Shown piece by piece: positions 41,843-55,259 of a stretch of DNA of 64,000 bases. Within the stretch, counting starts at the first letter, position 1; each line of letters begins with the position of its first letter. The notes beneath the pieces are model-generated. The model did no database searches. It had not been told where the DNA came from and saw nothing but the letters and a program-made list of their open reading frames with translations. Made by a program: the position numbers and the translations under genes. Origin of the DNA: Eledone cirrhosa (lineage: Eukaryota); assembly GCA_964016885.1 (NCBI GenBank), contig OZ024755.1, forward strand, positions 2,542,001 to 2,606,000, in the 5' to 3' direction.

Positions 41843-42320
41843 GGCGGTGAATTGGCAAAATCGTTAGAACGTCAGATAGAATGGCAAAGTCGTTAGAACG
41901 TCAGATAGAATGGCAAAGTCGTTAGAACGTCAGATAGAATGGCAAAGTCGTTAGAACGTCAGATAGAATGGCAAAGTCGTTACAACGTCAGATAGAATGG
42001 CAGAGTGGTTAGAACGTCAGATAGAATGGCAGAGTCGTTACAACGTCAGATAGAATGGCAGAGTGGTTAGAACGTCAGATAGAATGGCAGAGTCGTTACA
42101 ACGTCAGATAGAATGGCAGAGTCGTTACAACGTCAGATAGAATGGCAGAGTCGTTACAACGTCAGATAGAATGGCAAAGTCGTTACAACGTCAGATAGAA
42201 TGCTTTGCTGAATTCGTTCCGGTTCTATGCTCTCTAAGTTCAAATACCACCAAGATCAACTTCGAGTTTCAAGGTTGATAAAAAAAAAAAAAGGTACCAG
42301 TCTAGTACTGGGGTCGATTC
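41843..42320 (+). mobile_element. SINE family 1 with 12x tandem amplification of its 29-bp A-box segment
   Basis: TGGCA(A/G)AGT(C/G)GTTA(G/C)AACGTCAGATAGAA at 29-bp period, 41853-42200, then B box and body. Confidence 0.9.
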
Positions 42321-42829
42321 TTCCTCTATATCACTTTCTCACATCCTTTCTCTCATTCTCTGGGAGAAATCTGCGGTATTCAGAGCTGGAGAGGGGTGGG
42401 TAACGCCAGGTTTTGCACTAGAAATGTCAGTGATGTTAATATTGCGTTCCTACGACCCCCTCGGGAGTTACGGTTCCGTGCACGCAATAGTGGCATCTGA
42501 GAAATGAAATAGGTTATGTTGGTAATCACCATTATGTCCCTGATTGGATCAGTGTAAGATGATATTGTAGTAGTAGAGTTATTTTTACTAATTAAACAAT
42601 AATTAGACATATCCGTCGTAATCAATGTTCGATTTACATCAGTATTTGTGTACATATGTGATTCAGCTTTGTCACACCCGCCGCTCTCACACTTAGATGT
42701 GACCAAAATACAGCTTCCTTCGCTATGGTTACCAGACATAGGAAGATATACCGTACTTCCTTCTAGCGATAACCAGATATGTCTACCCCATGATATCAGT
42801 TGTTCGTCACAAGCCCACATGACTACCAT

Positions 42830-43035
42830 GCTCGGTAGAGCGTCGGACAATATACGATACAGCATAGAGTTACGAGACTACGTTCTGAGTTCAAATTCTG
42901 CCGAGGTTAGCTTTACTTTACATCCTTACGGGGCTCGATAACATAAATTACAAAACACGCACCCGGATCGATTTAATCAACTCCCCCCCCCCCCTCCGAG
43001 AATTATTGGCCTAGTGCCTATAGTAGAAATCATTA
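42830..43035 (+). mobile_element. SINE family 1
   Basis: B box, body and tail. Confidence 0.85.
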
Positions 43036-43711
43036 TTATTATAGATTTTTGTATCATAATTAAGCATTCTCTCCGTCAACCAAAAACAAATAAATCAAAC
43101 CACACAAGTGAATATTTCTTTGTGTTTGGCTACAGTCAACTCAATGGTTATTAGTCACTAATAACAAGGCAATTCAAAATATAAACATGTACTAATAAAA
43201 ATATATTGGTTTTAAGATATGCTGAATTAAAACATCAACTACGTGTACTAATGTACTAATTTAGATGATATCTGAAGAAATGCATTATTAATTTTGATCA
43301 TTTATTGTAATAAAACGAGCATTTTGTCTGTAACAGATGATCGGTTCATTGAAAAGGCATTTGAAATGGCTTTACTTCAGATGAGAATATTCAGAAGGGA
43401 AATGAAATAATCAGAATCATATACTTGCTGGCATCTAACCTTCTACATAGTTGTCATCGATTTAGTTATTATATATAAAACTACGTTATTGTATATGGAT
43501 GTAATACATAAGCATTGTTTGAATATTTCTAAAGTTAGGTTAATTATAGTCTGAATTACCTCGACGTATTTCCTCGTCCTTAGTTATATTCACAATATGT
43601 CTGTTGTAATCTGCCGTCTTCTTCCTGCGTGTCTCTCGTATTTGATAATGTAGGCAGAATTTTAAACCAAACTTCCCACTTTAATGGATTCTTCTCATTC
43701 TGTTGTACATG

Positions 43712-43920
43712 TGGCGCCAATGAACTCGCTCTATTGATAGAGCGTCGAACAACACGCTTTGCTGCATAGCTACATCCCTTAACATTCTGAGTTCAAATCC
43801 CGCCTATGTTAACTTACAAGGTCGATAAAATAAAATACCAAAGTACCAGAAACGCACTGAGGTCACTTTAAACAACTCTCTCCTCCCTAAAATTGTTGGC
43901 ATAGTGCCTAAATCAGAAAC
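43712..43920 (+). mobile_element. SINE family 1
   Basis: TTCTGAGTTCAAATCCCGCC..GGTCGATAAAATAAA..TAAATCAGAAAC. Confidence 0.8.
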
Positions 43921-44771
43921 CTTTCTGTTGCCCAGGTTATTTACTGTCGCTAGACTTGTTCCCCTTAAACTATAACACACGATATACAGGGATTGTAAAG
44001 AAGGAAAATCTTTTTCAGCAAAAGTTTAGATAATTTCGGGACAGCGAATTCTAAATAATCCCTTTTTAGAAATGTATACACCTATATACATGCATAGGTG
44101 TATGTGTGTATATATACATGTATAGATGTATGTGTGTGTATATATATATATGTAGGTGTATCTGTGTATATACATGTGTAGGCGTAAGTTTGTATATACA
44201 TGTATAGGTGTATATACATATATGGGTATATGTCTGTATATACATGTATAGGTGTATGTCTGTATATACATGCTTAGATTCATACAGACTTACACCTACT
44301 CATATATATACACACACATGCAACTATACATGTATATACACCCATACACCAACGCATGTACAGTATATACATAGTTAAATACACAATACGAGGCACAACC
44401 TTTCATCAAATCAATATTAGACAACCGACATTTTATCAAAATTACTTTTCATGAAATTATTTTTAGCCATAATTTCACTGTAATAATGTTTTATCGAAAT
44501 TACTTTTCAAAGAAATATTTTGTAAATATATTTCAACGTGCAACTTTTTATCGACACATCTTTTTATTTCAACAACTTTTCATGGGAAAGTTTTGTAAAT
44601 ATATTTACAATGTACGACATTTTTTGAACCGCCTATTTATCGAAACTGCTTTTCATGTAATAATTTTGTAAATAATTTTTTTTCAAATTATGCAAACATG
44701 TATAAGTCCATACATGTTTTTTTTTATGTGCATATAGTGTTTAGTATAATCATGTTTCACAGCACACACAC

Positions 44772-44928
<157 letters not shown>

Positions 44929-45115
44929 TACATAGATACACATATATATATATATATATGTGTGTGTGTGTATCTATGTATATATCTATATATATCTATA
45001 TATATATATATATAACTATCTATCACTATCTATCTATCTATATATATATATATATATATACATATATACTTATATATGTGCGTGTGTGAATGTACGAGCG
45101 TACATGAATATTCAC

Positions 45116-45149
<34 letters not shown>

Positions 45150-46439
45150 AATTCTATGTTTTTTGCCCGCTTACCCCTAAACCTAGCCCTAACGCTATCG
45201 GCGTCCGTAGGGTTAAATATCTGTAGAATCTGACTCCCACCATTTATACTTGAATTAACCCTAACACTAACCATAAAATAAATCGTAAATCTAACATTTA
45301 ATCTAACCTTCTCATAGTTATAAACCTAGACCTGGTACTAATATTATACCTCAACCACAATACAAACACTCCTCCTAACACACGTAATAGTTCTATGTCT
45401 TACTCTATCCATATGAGGAGCCGTATATATAGCAATACAGCTAACATTAACAGTTACCTTAACACTAGATCTAAGGGCATTGATACAATGTGAATGATAT
45501 GAATTTAGTTATAGGGTTGTGCAGTGAGGTTTGGGGACTGTGGTGATATCGTCCTGGTAATGATGGTGAGGGTTGTCCTAGCAAAGGGGTTGCTTGTTAT
45601 ATGATGAGATTTTAGAAGTAGGAGATGATTGGGTTGGAGGGGGGGGGGTACTTGAGATAGGGAATTGGTAAAGATGGGCTTGCTGGTGGTATTGGTGATA
45701 GTGGTGGTAGTGGTTGTAAATGTGGTAGTGGTGGTAGTGGTGGCGGTAGTGGTGGCGGTGGTGATAGTGGTGGTAGTAGTGGAAGTAGTGGTAGTGGTGG
45801 CGGTATTGGTGGTGGTGGTGGTGGTGGTCGTCGTCGTGCTGGTGGTGGTGGTGGTCGTCGTGGTCGTGGTGGAAGTGGAGGTGGTGGTGGTGGCCGTCAT
45901 AGACGTTTTCGTCATTTCGGTGGTGGCAGTGGTGGTATTGGTGGTGGTGGTGGTAGTGCTTTGGTGGTGGTGGCGGTGGTGGTGGCGATATTGGTAGAAT
46001 GTGTATAATGACTGGCCAAAACTCTATTTGCAATTGTGTCAATGAGGATTGGTAGTAAATATATGGTCGGGAAGATGTATAACTGTTCTTAAACGAAATA
46101 CGTGGAATGGTAAATTAGAAGTAGTACCAGGCGGCCATTAGAATACAAAAGAGATTCTCAGAGTGTCTGCAAATTTCTATTGTAGCACTACTCCAACTTT
46201 ATATTTCCTACGGAACCACAAACACCTGTTACTAAAAGAAATTCTTCAAATATATAAAGACACACACAGACACACGCAGAAGGAGACACACACACACATA
46301 TACACAGAGAGGAGACACACACACACACAACACTAACAGAAAAACATATATACCACCATCCATATTAAAGCCACATTCCATTGAGTACAACTGTGTATGA
46401 GATTGTCTTTGTGCAAGTATGTGTGTTCAACAATTACTG

Positions 46440-47010
46440 AATATGTGTGAATGTCTCTGTGTGTTTCTGTGTGTGTATGTGTGTGTCTGTGTGTGTCTGT
46501 GTGTCTGTATGTGTCTGTGTGTCTGTGTATGTGCCTGTGTGTCTGTGTGTGTCTGTGTGTCTCTGCGTGTCTCTATGTGTCTGTGTATGTGCCTGTGTGT
46601 CTGTGTGTGTCTGTGTGTGTCTCTGTGTGTCTCTGTGTTTGTGTATTCGTCTGTGTGTCCGTGTGTGTATGTGTGTCTGTGTGTGTCTGTGTATGTGTCT
46701 GTGTGTCTGTTGTGTGTCTGTGTGTCTGTGTATGTGTCTGTGTGTCTGTGTGTGTCTGTGTGTTTGTCTGTGTGTCTGTGTGTCTGTGTGTGACTGTGTA
46801 TGTGTCTGTGTGTCCGTGTATGTGTCTGTGTGTGACTGTGTGTGTCTGTGTGTGTCTGTGTGTGACTGTGTATGTGTCTGTGTGTCCGCGTGTGTGTCTG
46901 TGTGTTTGTGTATGTATCTGTGTGCCTGTGTGTGACTGGGTATGTGTCTGTGTGTCCGTGTGTGTGTCTGTGTGTTTGTGTATGTGTGTGTATGTGTATG
47001 TGTATGTGCC
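46440..47010. repeat. (GT)n/GTCT compound microsatellite
   Basis: Read directly from the sequence. Confidence 0.95.
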
Positions 47011-47195
47011 TATTTATACAAGTAAATGTGTAGTATACTTTTCATAACGAAACTTTACCTTCTATTAAACTTTGATTACTGACATAGGTATCGTATTTAT
47101 TATTTATTCACGTGTGAACTTTTGTCTTTTGCTAACTGTACTCTCTATATATTTTAATATCACCACCACCCTTATGACTATTATACATATATACA

Positions 47196-47605
47196 CATGG
47201 TGGCTGCCAACTCGTTTTCGAGTACGGCCACTACTTTATATCCATGTAGGAGAACTCCTACCGATGCGCTGAATGAGTGTGACTTTTTAGTCCAGCCAGC
47301 GACTTGAAAACTCTGGTACAAACACTACACTTGTGACAATTATTGACACATAGTGCTGGGCCCAAGGTACCATGTGACGACAAGTGCAGAGAGATCTCCA
47401 GATATAAAGCAATGCCTGTGCCGTGAAGCTTTTATAGTGAGCAAAGGCACTGCACAAAGCCAGTCCCACTCCCTTAACCAAGATGATATTTACCAAAAAG
47501 AAGAACAAGTCAACATCATTGGATACCATCAGGGTTGCAGGTGTTATATCAGAGGTTTCCTTCTCCTAGAATTCTGCCTTGACAAAGGCTAAGGGGTCAT
47601 CTCTC
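47196..47605 (-). mobile_element. Family D second copy
   Basis: Same ends as 6296-6702; a diverged relative lies at ~48030-48195 (CAATGCCTGTGC..TGAAG..TTT..AGTG..AAAGGC.TTGCAC). Confidence 0.7.
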
Positions 47606-47989
47606 ATCATATACATACATATATACATATATATATACATACATATATACATTCCAAAAATGTTGCATCTAATAACTGCATATACACATGTACAGATAGT
47701 AAGCATATACACATGCACACATACAACGTAAAACATCCACATCCACACATACAATAACATCCATACCTACAGATGCAGACATGCAGACATACATACATAT
47801 CTACCTTGTTGGTGTTGTGTAAATTCCAATGAGAGAGTCTTGTGTCTATGTTAGAAACCGACTCTCTCTCTCTATTGGGAAAAAATTTGTGAAATTATAA
47901 AACCAGAAGAACATACATACATACATACATACATACATACATACATACATACATACATACATACATACATACATACATACATACATACA

Positions 47990-48025
<36 letters not shown>

Positions 48026-49596
48026 TATGACGGCTGCAAACTCTGCTAAGAGTATTGAAATCGCTTGTCAGATTATAGAGTTTGGTGCACTTTTAGGCTA
48101 TGGTCAGCCACACGAACCTGTAACATATCCTGAACAAACAATGCCTGTGCTTTGAAGGTTTTTTTAAGTGGGGAAAGGCCTTGCACTCGACCATACATAC
48201 GTTGTGAAGTGAACTCACTAACCATTCGGCCTTGCTATGTCCAAGTAGTTTTCACAGGCTTGCTGCAAATCAATGTTAACGAAATCAATATCATTCAACT
48301 CTTTATGGTGTAAGATCAATAAATAATCGTGTATGCGTGCTCAGACAGGTCCAAATTGGTTGGTATGGTTTTCATAATCGTGCAAGGGTTTGGGGCCTAT
48401 ATTAAGGAATTAACCGAATCTCTAAGTAGACATATATATTTGGTAATCAAGTCTGTATGTTAAACCTGCATGTGTGTGTTATTAGTAAATTAACAAATTA
48501 GACCTGACAATTCAATTTTGCCTGAGTATGCGTATCTATATAAAGTTTATAAGCTATTATTTGCTTTGTATCCAGAAAGAGTAATTAATGTTTGATGTGC
48601 GGAGGGCGGTAACAAATGTTGAAATTAGTGAGATTGATTGCTTTTTCTGAGCAGAGAAAGAAAAACCTGTTATTTAACAACGGTGTCTATTTTATCACAT
48701 GCAGACTAAATGTATGTTTAGAAAGGGGAAAAATAATAATAATAAAGAAAATATACGAGCATAAGTTTACCTTGAATTTCTAATCACCTTAACGCTATGT
48801 AGTGATATATTTAAGTGAGAGAGAGCGAGACAGGGGCTATAAAGGGAAAGGGAGTAAGCGTGGGGGAGACAGAAAAAGATAAATAACATCTTCCTGTAAT
48901 GGAGCTATTGGTTGTTATGTCAGCTCAGTTGTTACATTAAATAATAATAGTGTTTGAGCTCATATTCTATACAAGATAAACGCATTTAACGTTCATGCTT
49001 ATAATACAAAACAATATTATCTGAAGCTCTAGTAATTTTTGTGTATACTAGAGCTAACTAATGGCTTTATCTTTGACTGTGGTAATATTTGTTGCTATAA
49101 AATTTCTTCTAAATCGTACTAGATTATGTTATAAATGATTATAAACACTATTAAACATACAGCATTCTTCGGAGACTACATTTGGTATCGATGCCATAAT
49201 GCAATGAAATGAATGCAGAAATACCGACAGAGTTTCCTACGCAGTTAATATAAGCATTTATTTATATGTCCAATATGAATCCTCCCTATAAATATAAATA
49301 TATATCACTGATAGGTAATCGAATGTTTTGTCGTAAAACCGAGGAACCAAGAATAATATAAAACAAAACGCAGAGATATGTAAATAACGATATTTCTCAC
49401 AACTTTAAACAAGGTTCGAACCAACTGGTCTTGTTTTATATTATTTTATATATATCATCATGATTTTCTCGGCTGGTCCACATTATATCATTATATACCA
49501 CCTGGTTTAGCTGGGAATATGGTGTTTACATTTCCCAAAGAGAGAGTGAGAGAGAAACACACACATACATACATACCTATATATATATATATATAT

Positions 49597-49657
49597 AGTC
49601 CTGATCTAGCTGCCCAAACGGCCGGAGCTCAACCGTCGGGGTCCGGACTCGTTCCCC
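49597..49657 (+). mobile_element. Family B fragment
   Basis: AAACGGCCGGAGCTCAACCGTCGGGGTCCGGACTCGTTCC is similar to 19062-19100. Confidence 0.6.
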
Positions 49658-49676
49658 CTCTCTCTATATATATATA

Positions 49677-49841
49677 AATGGTTTCTACAGGACTAGAACT
49701 GTTTGATTGGAAAGATACCATCGGGGGTTTTCCTGGTGGTTTCTTTTGAATGGAACAGTTCTAGCCCTGTAGAAGCCATTTCTATATTAGATTTGATGTA
49801 TTGATGTACTTACTGTGGTTACTCCAGATTGAACCTGGGGC

Positions 49842-49843
<2 letters not shown>
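49677..49843. mobile_element. Family A element, degenerate fold-back copy
   Basis: Inverted arms TTCTACAGGACTAGAACTGTTT / AACAGTTCTAGCCCTGTAGAA followed by tail TACTTACTGTGGTTAC; lies between (TA)n tracts; cores are mutated. Confidence 0.75.
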
Positions 49844-49872
<29 letters not shown>

Positions 49873-49963
49873 GTTGAAGTTTCCGTTGAAAAAGTCAGAG
49901 GAATGAAGAGTGCTCTATGTAAGTTACAGAGCTAAATATTTAATGTATAATAAACAATACAAT

Positions 49964-50036
49964 ATAATTACCTCATTACCAGAGGTTTCCCGAATAAGAC
50001 GGATACAAGAAAGGTCCGCATTCGTTCGTCAGACAA
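49964..50036 (-). ncRNA. Hammerhead motif with long stem II, truncated in stem I (family C element ~49870-50087)
   Basis: Reverse complement CTGACGA-a CGAAT GCGGA...TCCGT ctt ATTCG g-GAAA-CCTC tggtaat GAGG-TA. The adjacent tail GAGTGCTCACC..GGTGAACCTACA..AACT.CA.GTTACACTCCC is shared with 34183-34228. Confidence 0.6.
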
Positions 50037-50344
50037 GATGAGTGCTCACCTTGGTGAACCTACAACAACTTCATGTTACACTCCCAAGATATATATATAT
50101 ATTTTAAAGTGTTTATTTTGTTTCTATACTGAGAAATGTTCAATGTGTTCAGAGTAAGATAATCTCGAATCACACTTGTTCCTACACACCATAAATTATA
50201 TATAACACATCTTCCTTCTTCAAGTATTTACTCTTGTACTCCATATGTTAAAGTATTCTTCAAAGGAAAAAATAAACAAGGCCATATACATATGTATTCA
50301 TATAGCTTACTTTCCATATACATACATATATATATACATATATA

Positions 50345-50554
<210 letters not shown>

Positions 50555-50563
50555 TAAATATAT

Positions 50564-50644
<81 letters not shown>

Positions 50645-50672
50645 TATACACATATATATATATATATATATA

Positions 50673-50740
<68 letters not shown>

Positions 50741-50755
50741 CTTTTTATATAGATA

Positions 50756-50806
50756 AGCTTATACGGGACTAGAACTGTTTCGTTCGTGAGAAATCATCAG
50801 GAAGCT
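50756..50806 (-). ncRNA. Type I hammerhead ribozyme motif (mismatches in stems I and III)
   Basis: Reverse complement AGCTTC-CTGATGA-t TTC tcac GAA c-GAAA-CAG ttctagtc CCG-TA-TAAGCT. Confidence 0.6.
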
Positions 50807-50818
50807 GAACATCAGGTC

Positions 50819-50869
50819 AGCTTCCTGATGATTTCTCACGACTGAAACAGTTCTAGTCCTGTAGAAGCT
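50819..50869 (+). ncRNA. Type I hammerhead ribozyme motif
   Basis: AGCTTC-CTGATGA-tttctcacgact-GAAA-CAG ttctagtc CTG-TA-GAAGCT. Stem I covaries with the 4571 copy (A-T vs C-G); stem II is weak. Confidence 0.7.
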
Positions 50870-50950
50870 TTTCTATATTAAACATTTATACTCTGCTATG
50901 TATTGAGTACCTTACTTACTGTGGTTACCCCCCGAGTGAACCCGGGATAA

Positions 50951-50996
<46 letters not shown>

Positions 50997-50997
<1 letters not shown>

Positions 50998-51058
50998 GTA
51001 GGTCCCGGGTTGAGTCGGGGATAACCACAGTAAGTAAGGTACTCAATACATGGCAGAG

Positions 51059-51104
<46 letters not shown>

Positions 51105-51276
51105 TGAGATTCTACAGGACTAGAAATGTTTCATTCATTAGAAATCATCATGATGTTTTCTAATGAATGAAACAGTTCTAGTCCTGTAGAATCTCATCTA
51201 TATTAAAACTGTTATACTCTGCTATGTATTGAGTACCTTACTTACTGTGGTTACCTCCGATTCAACCCGGAATAAC

Positions 51277-51279
<3 letters not shown>
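50997..51279. mobile_element. Family A element, fully palindromic copy (two arms fused at the CTGATGA core)
   Basis: Mirror arms about a centre ATCATCATGATG near 51150. Both arms retain GAAAC..TTCTAGTCCTGTAGAATCTC and the tail; the left arm is interrupted by (TA)n. Confidence 0.8.
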
Positions 51280-51337
<58 letters not shown>

Positions 51338-51727
51338 TGTGTATATATATATATACTGTTCAAGTCGATAATGAAAGAGCTATAAATTTAATTAAGCTTC
51401 ATTTCATGTGGGGTGAAGAACTATGCTGTAGTTAATTATAACTAATCAGCGAAGAAAGCGCCATAAAAATGGAGTGTTCTAATGAACTTTCATTAGAAAC
51501 TATTATATAATTTTAGTGTTATAAGTAGGAGAGATAATTAAATTTTCTAGCGAAAATATTCATCTAATTGTATGATTAACGTTTTACTTGTGTTATATAT
51601 ATATGTATATATGTATATATGTGTGAGTGTGTATGTATATCTATATGTATGTATGTTTGTATGTATGTAAATATATATACATATATATATATATAAAGCA
51701 GTATATATGTATATATATATAAAGCAG

Positions 51728-51820
<93 letters not shown>

Positions 51821-51823
51821 CAG

Positions 51824-51861
<38 letters not shown>

Positions 51862-51871
51862 CTGCTTTATA

Positions 51872-51923
<52 letters not shown>

Positions 51924-52032
51924 GTAATTAGGGGCTCTAATCCTAGTGCTGTTAGATCGACTCTCCATATTTCTTTTCAATGGTTGACAATACCTTACCG
52001 ACGCCATTCGAATAAGGTAGTTATTTAACCCA

Positions 52033-52214
52033 TAAATGTGGGAGCCCCTACATGGACACACTGGAAGAGGAAGACCAAGGTTGACATATGTTGATGCCCT
52101 AAGGACAGACACTGGTGTGTTGGAGACGCAGGACATGGCAGCGATAATGAGGGACAGAGACCACTGGAGAGAACTCGTCCATGGATGTCGGGAATTTTAC
52201 CCGCCCTAGATAGA
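52033..52214 (+). mobile_element. RTE-clade LINE 3' end, same family as 18481
   Basis: [44 protein letters not shown] followed by ATAGA and (TA)n. Confidence 0.85.
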
Positions 52215-52236
52215 GATATATATATAAAGCAGTATG

Positions 52237-52357
<121 letters not shown>

Positions 52358-53377
52358 TAACAAAGAGATTATCTCACTATATAGAAACGTCTACTGTGTG
52401 TCTCTTAAATTGTAGGTTCTGGTATGTCTGGCATATAAGACAGAATGCAACAGTTGAATACATTGGTTAGTCACTAAAACTGTTGAAGTATTGTATTTAA
52501 TGACAATTGACTGCATTACATCATTACCATGGGAAATAGTAACTCTATACGTTACAAAACACACAAAAGCTCTTATATGTACTTTACGTTTATTTCTGAA
52601 TAAGTGTCAAATGCTTTCATTGCAATTTTCATACTGGTCACAGTGACATAAATCCACTGAATTGAGATGAATTTATATGTAATATGGATGTAGTGATATA
52701 GAGAAAGAGTGATAGTTAATTTTCTAAATCGACAACTTAGTGTGGCACCATTGATAGGCTATAAACGACAGGGTGGTCAACATCATTCATCTGTAGAGCT
52801 CTTACCCCATTGACTGACTCGAATAACAGTGAGTGGTAGTATGAGCTTAATAAATTATTAATGATGATGTAGATGGTATTGAAATTCTAAATAATATATG
52901 AGTTTGCTTTCTATACCAGTTTGTGTAGTGATATGATAAAATATTAATCAATAGTTTGTGTTAGTAGGGATGTGGGTAAGAGACAGTTTGGTATTTCCAA
53001 AGATGAATATATACTTTCAACTTTCGCCCGCCAAATAAATGTTTAGCCGACATATTGAAATACTCAACACCCAACAGAGATAACCTTTTAATAGACATTT
53101 TCGCCTTTTTCCTTTCTCATTATATTTATTTGATTCTATTTTCTCATTATATATTTTATATTTTAACGTTTTGTTTTCTCTTTCTGTTACCAATTTCATT
53201 GAGAATAACCTCAATTAAGTTAGGTTTATCTCCCTTTGCTTGGCTCAAATAAAGAAAAAAAACTTCCAGTATTTTTTATTGCATTATATTGGTTATTATT
53301 TCGTCTGAGCCTACCACAAGAGATTGTATAAACCATTGGGAAATACTGCACTTTTTGCTTATGTTTTTTTTTTTTGC

Positions 53378-53463
<86 letters not shown>

Positions 53464-53754
53464 CCCCTACGATATCAATATATCGTTGAAACACCCCACG
53501 ATAATGATGGGGAAAAAATTAAAGAAGCATAATTATTGAAGAAGAAGAAAAAACATGGTGCGAGTGGTAAGATGTCTGTTTCTTTTATGTGTTTTGCTGG
53601 TTTTTTGGTTGGCTTTTGTTCTACGGCTATCATTGTAGATTTATAAACACCCAATGGCTAATTCATTTAGCAAATTAATTGCTTTATTGTTATGTTTTTC
53701 AACACCACAATAAACATTCCACCAAGCTAACTTGAATACAATATATACATATAT

Positions 53755-53789
<35 letters not shown>

Positions 53790-53793
53790 CGTG

Positions 53794-53828
<35 letters not shown>

Positions 53829-53871
53829 GTCTGTGTGTGTGTATATATATAGACGCTCACACACATATATG

Positions 53872-53933
<62 letters not shown>

Positions 53934-53954
53934 AATATATATATAAATATTTAT

Positions 53955-53991
<37 letters not shown>

Positions 53992-54224
53992 AGTATATTT
54001 GTATTTCTTACAAATCAGCCATTTTATCTGTTATTCATTTTTTATTTTTTTCCAGTTTATCATTCTTTTTATTTTCTCGCATTTCTTTGTAAAAGAAAAA
54101 CCAACACAGGTTGATTTGTATCTCAGAAAAGCCACTGGCCATCTTTCTTATATTCCTTTCTTTATATCTACTTAATTTTCAATAATTTCACCAAATTTTC
54201 TTCATACTTATATATATCATATAT

Positions 54225-54292
<68 letters not shown>

Positions 54293-54451
54293 CAACGTCT
54301 TGTATATATATATATATTTATATACATATATATATATATATATATGAACGTCTGCTAGTCTCAGTATCCTTTCACGAAAACATGTACTTTACGTGAAGAT
54401 CTTTCACCTAAATTATATATATTCTTGTACTAATTCCCTTTAAGTCGACAT

Positions 54452-54534
<83 letters not shown>

Positions 54535-54975
54535 TGAATGGTGGGAATCAAGAATAATTGATGTGTAAACTTTTACCTGTATATTTTATTGAATAGATTT
54601 GTATTGTTTTGTCTTTTTAGAAACTATTCTTACGGCTATTTAGTGTGGTAGATGATGTATCTGTGTATATATATATGTGTGTGTGTGTCTGATCATGTGT
54701 GTGTGTGATCATGTGTGCGGATGAGAAATGATAACGTTATACATATTTTTCTGCAATCAATCCCGCCACAGATACGCAGCTATCAATCTATATATCTCTC
54801 TATTCATCTATCAATCTATCATTCAGACAACCAATCTATCATCAATATATGTGTATATATTTCCCTAAAATGGCTGACTGAATACACATGTACTTTTTCT
54901 AAAAACATTTTCTCTTCGTTCTTTCCCCTTCTCACTCTTTATCTTTCCATATCATTATTTTTATGTCTTGAGCTA

Positions 54976-55011
54976 TCTTCTGATGAAGGATTAGTTTCCG
55001 AAACGTGAAGA
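54976..55011 (+). ncRNA. Minimal (PLE-type) hammerhead motif, same family as 9975
   Basis: TCTT-CTGATGA-a GGA ttagtt TCC-GAAA-CG-TG-AAGA. G at position 17 suggests this copy is inactive. Confidence 0.55.
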
Positions 55012-55181
55012 CGCTTTTCCCACTATACCACTCGTTAAACTAAAATATTTCTTCATTGTACTGTGTTCTTTGATTTGTTGTTTCATTTTAATTTACAGTT
55101 ATGATGATGTATGGTCGAGATTTACAGAACAGCCTGCTCATGAAATTAAATTCTGGCTGAATCAACAGTGGGGTGTATAAG

Positions 55182-55202
55182 GGTATGTATCAAAAATAAA
55201 AG

Positions 55203-55238
<36 letters not shown>

Positions 55239-55259
55239 CTTTTATTTTTGATACATACC
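55182..55259. repeat. Near-perfect palindrome centred on (TA)n
   Basis: GGTATGTATCAAAAATAAAAGAAAT-(TA)n-ATTTCTTTATTTTTGATACATACC. Confidence 0.9.

Larger units (their letters stand above)
50752..50953. mobile_element. Family A element with two divergent hammerheads
   Basis: Inverted HHR arm (50756-50806), then sense HHR (50819-50869), then tail ending CCCGGGATAACTTATA; (TA)n on both sides. Confidence 0.8.

Noticed and set aside
41853-42200. 29-bp repeats as CRISPR
   Set aside because: Contiguous tandem units without spacers, derived from a SINE head.
42380-42865. 161-aa ORF as a gene
   Set aside because: Starts inside a SINE and has no recognisable domain.
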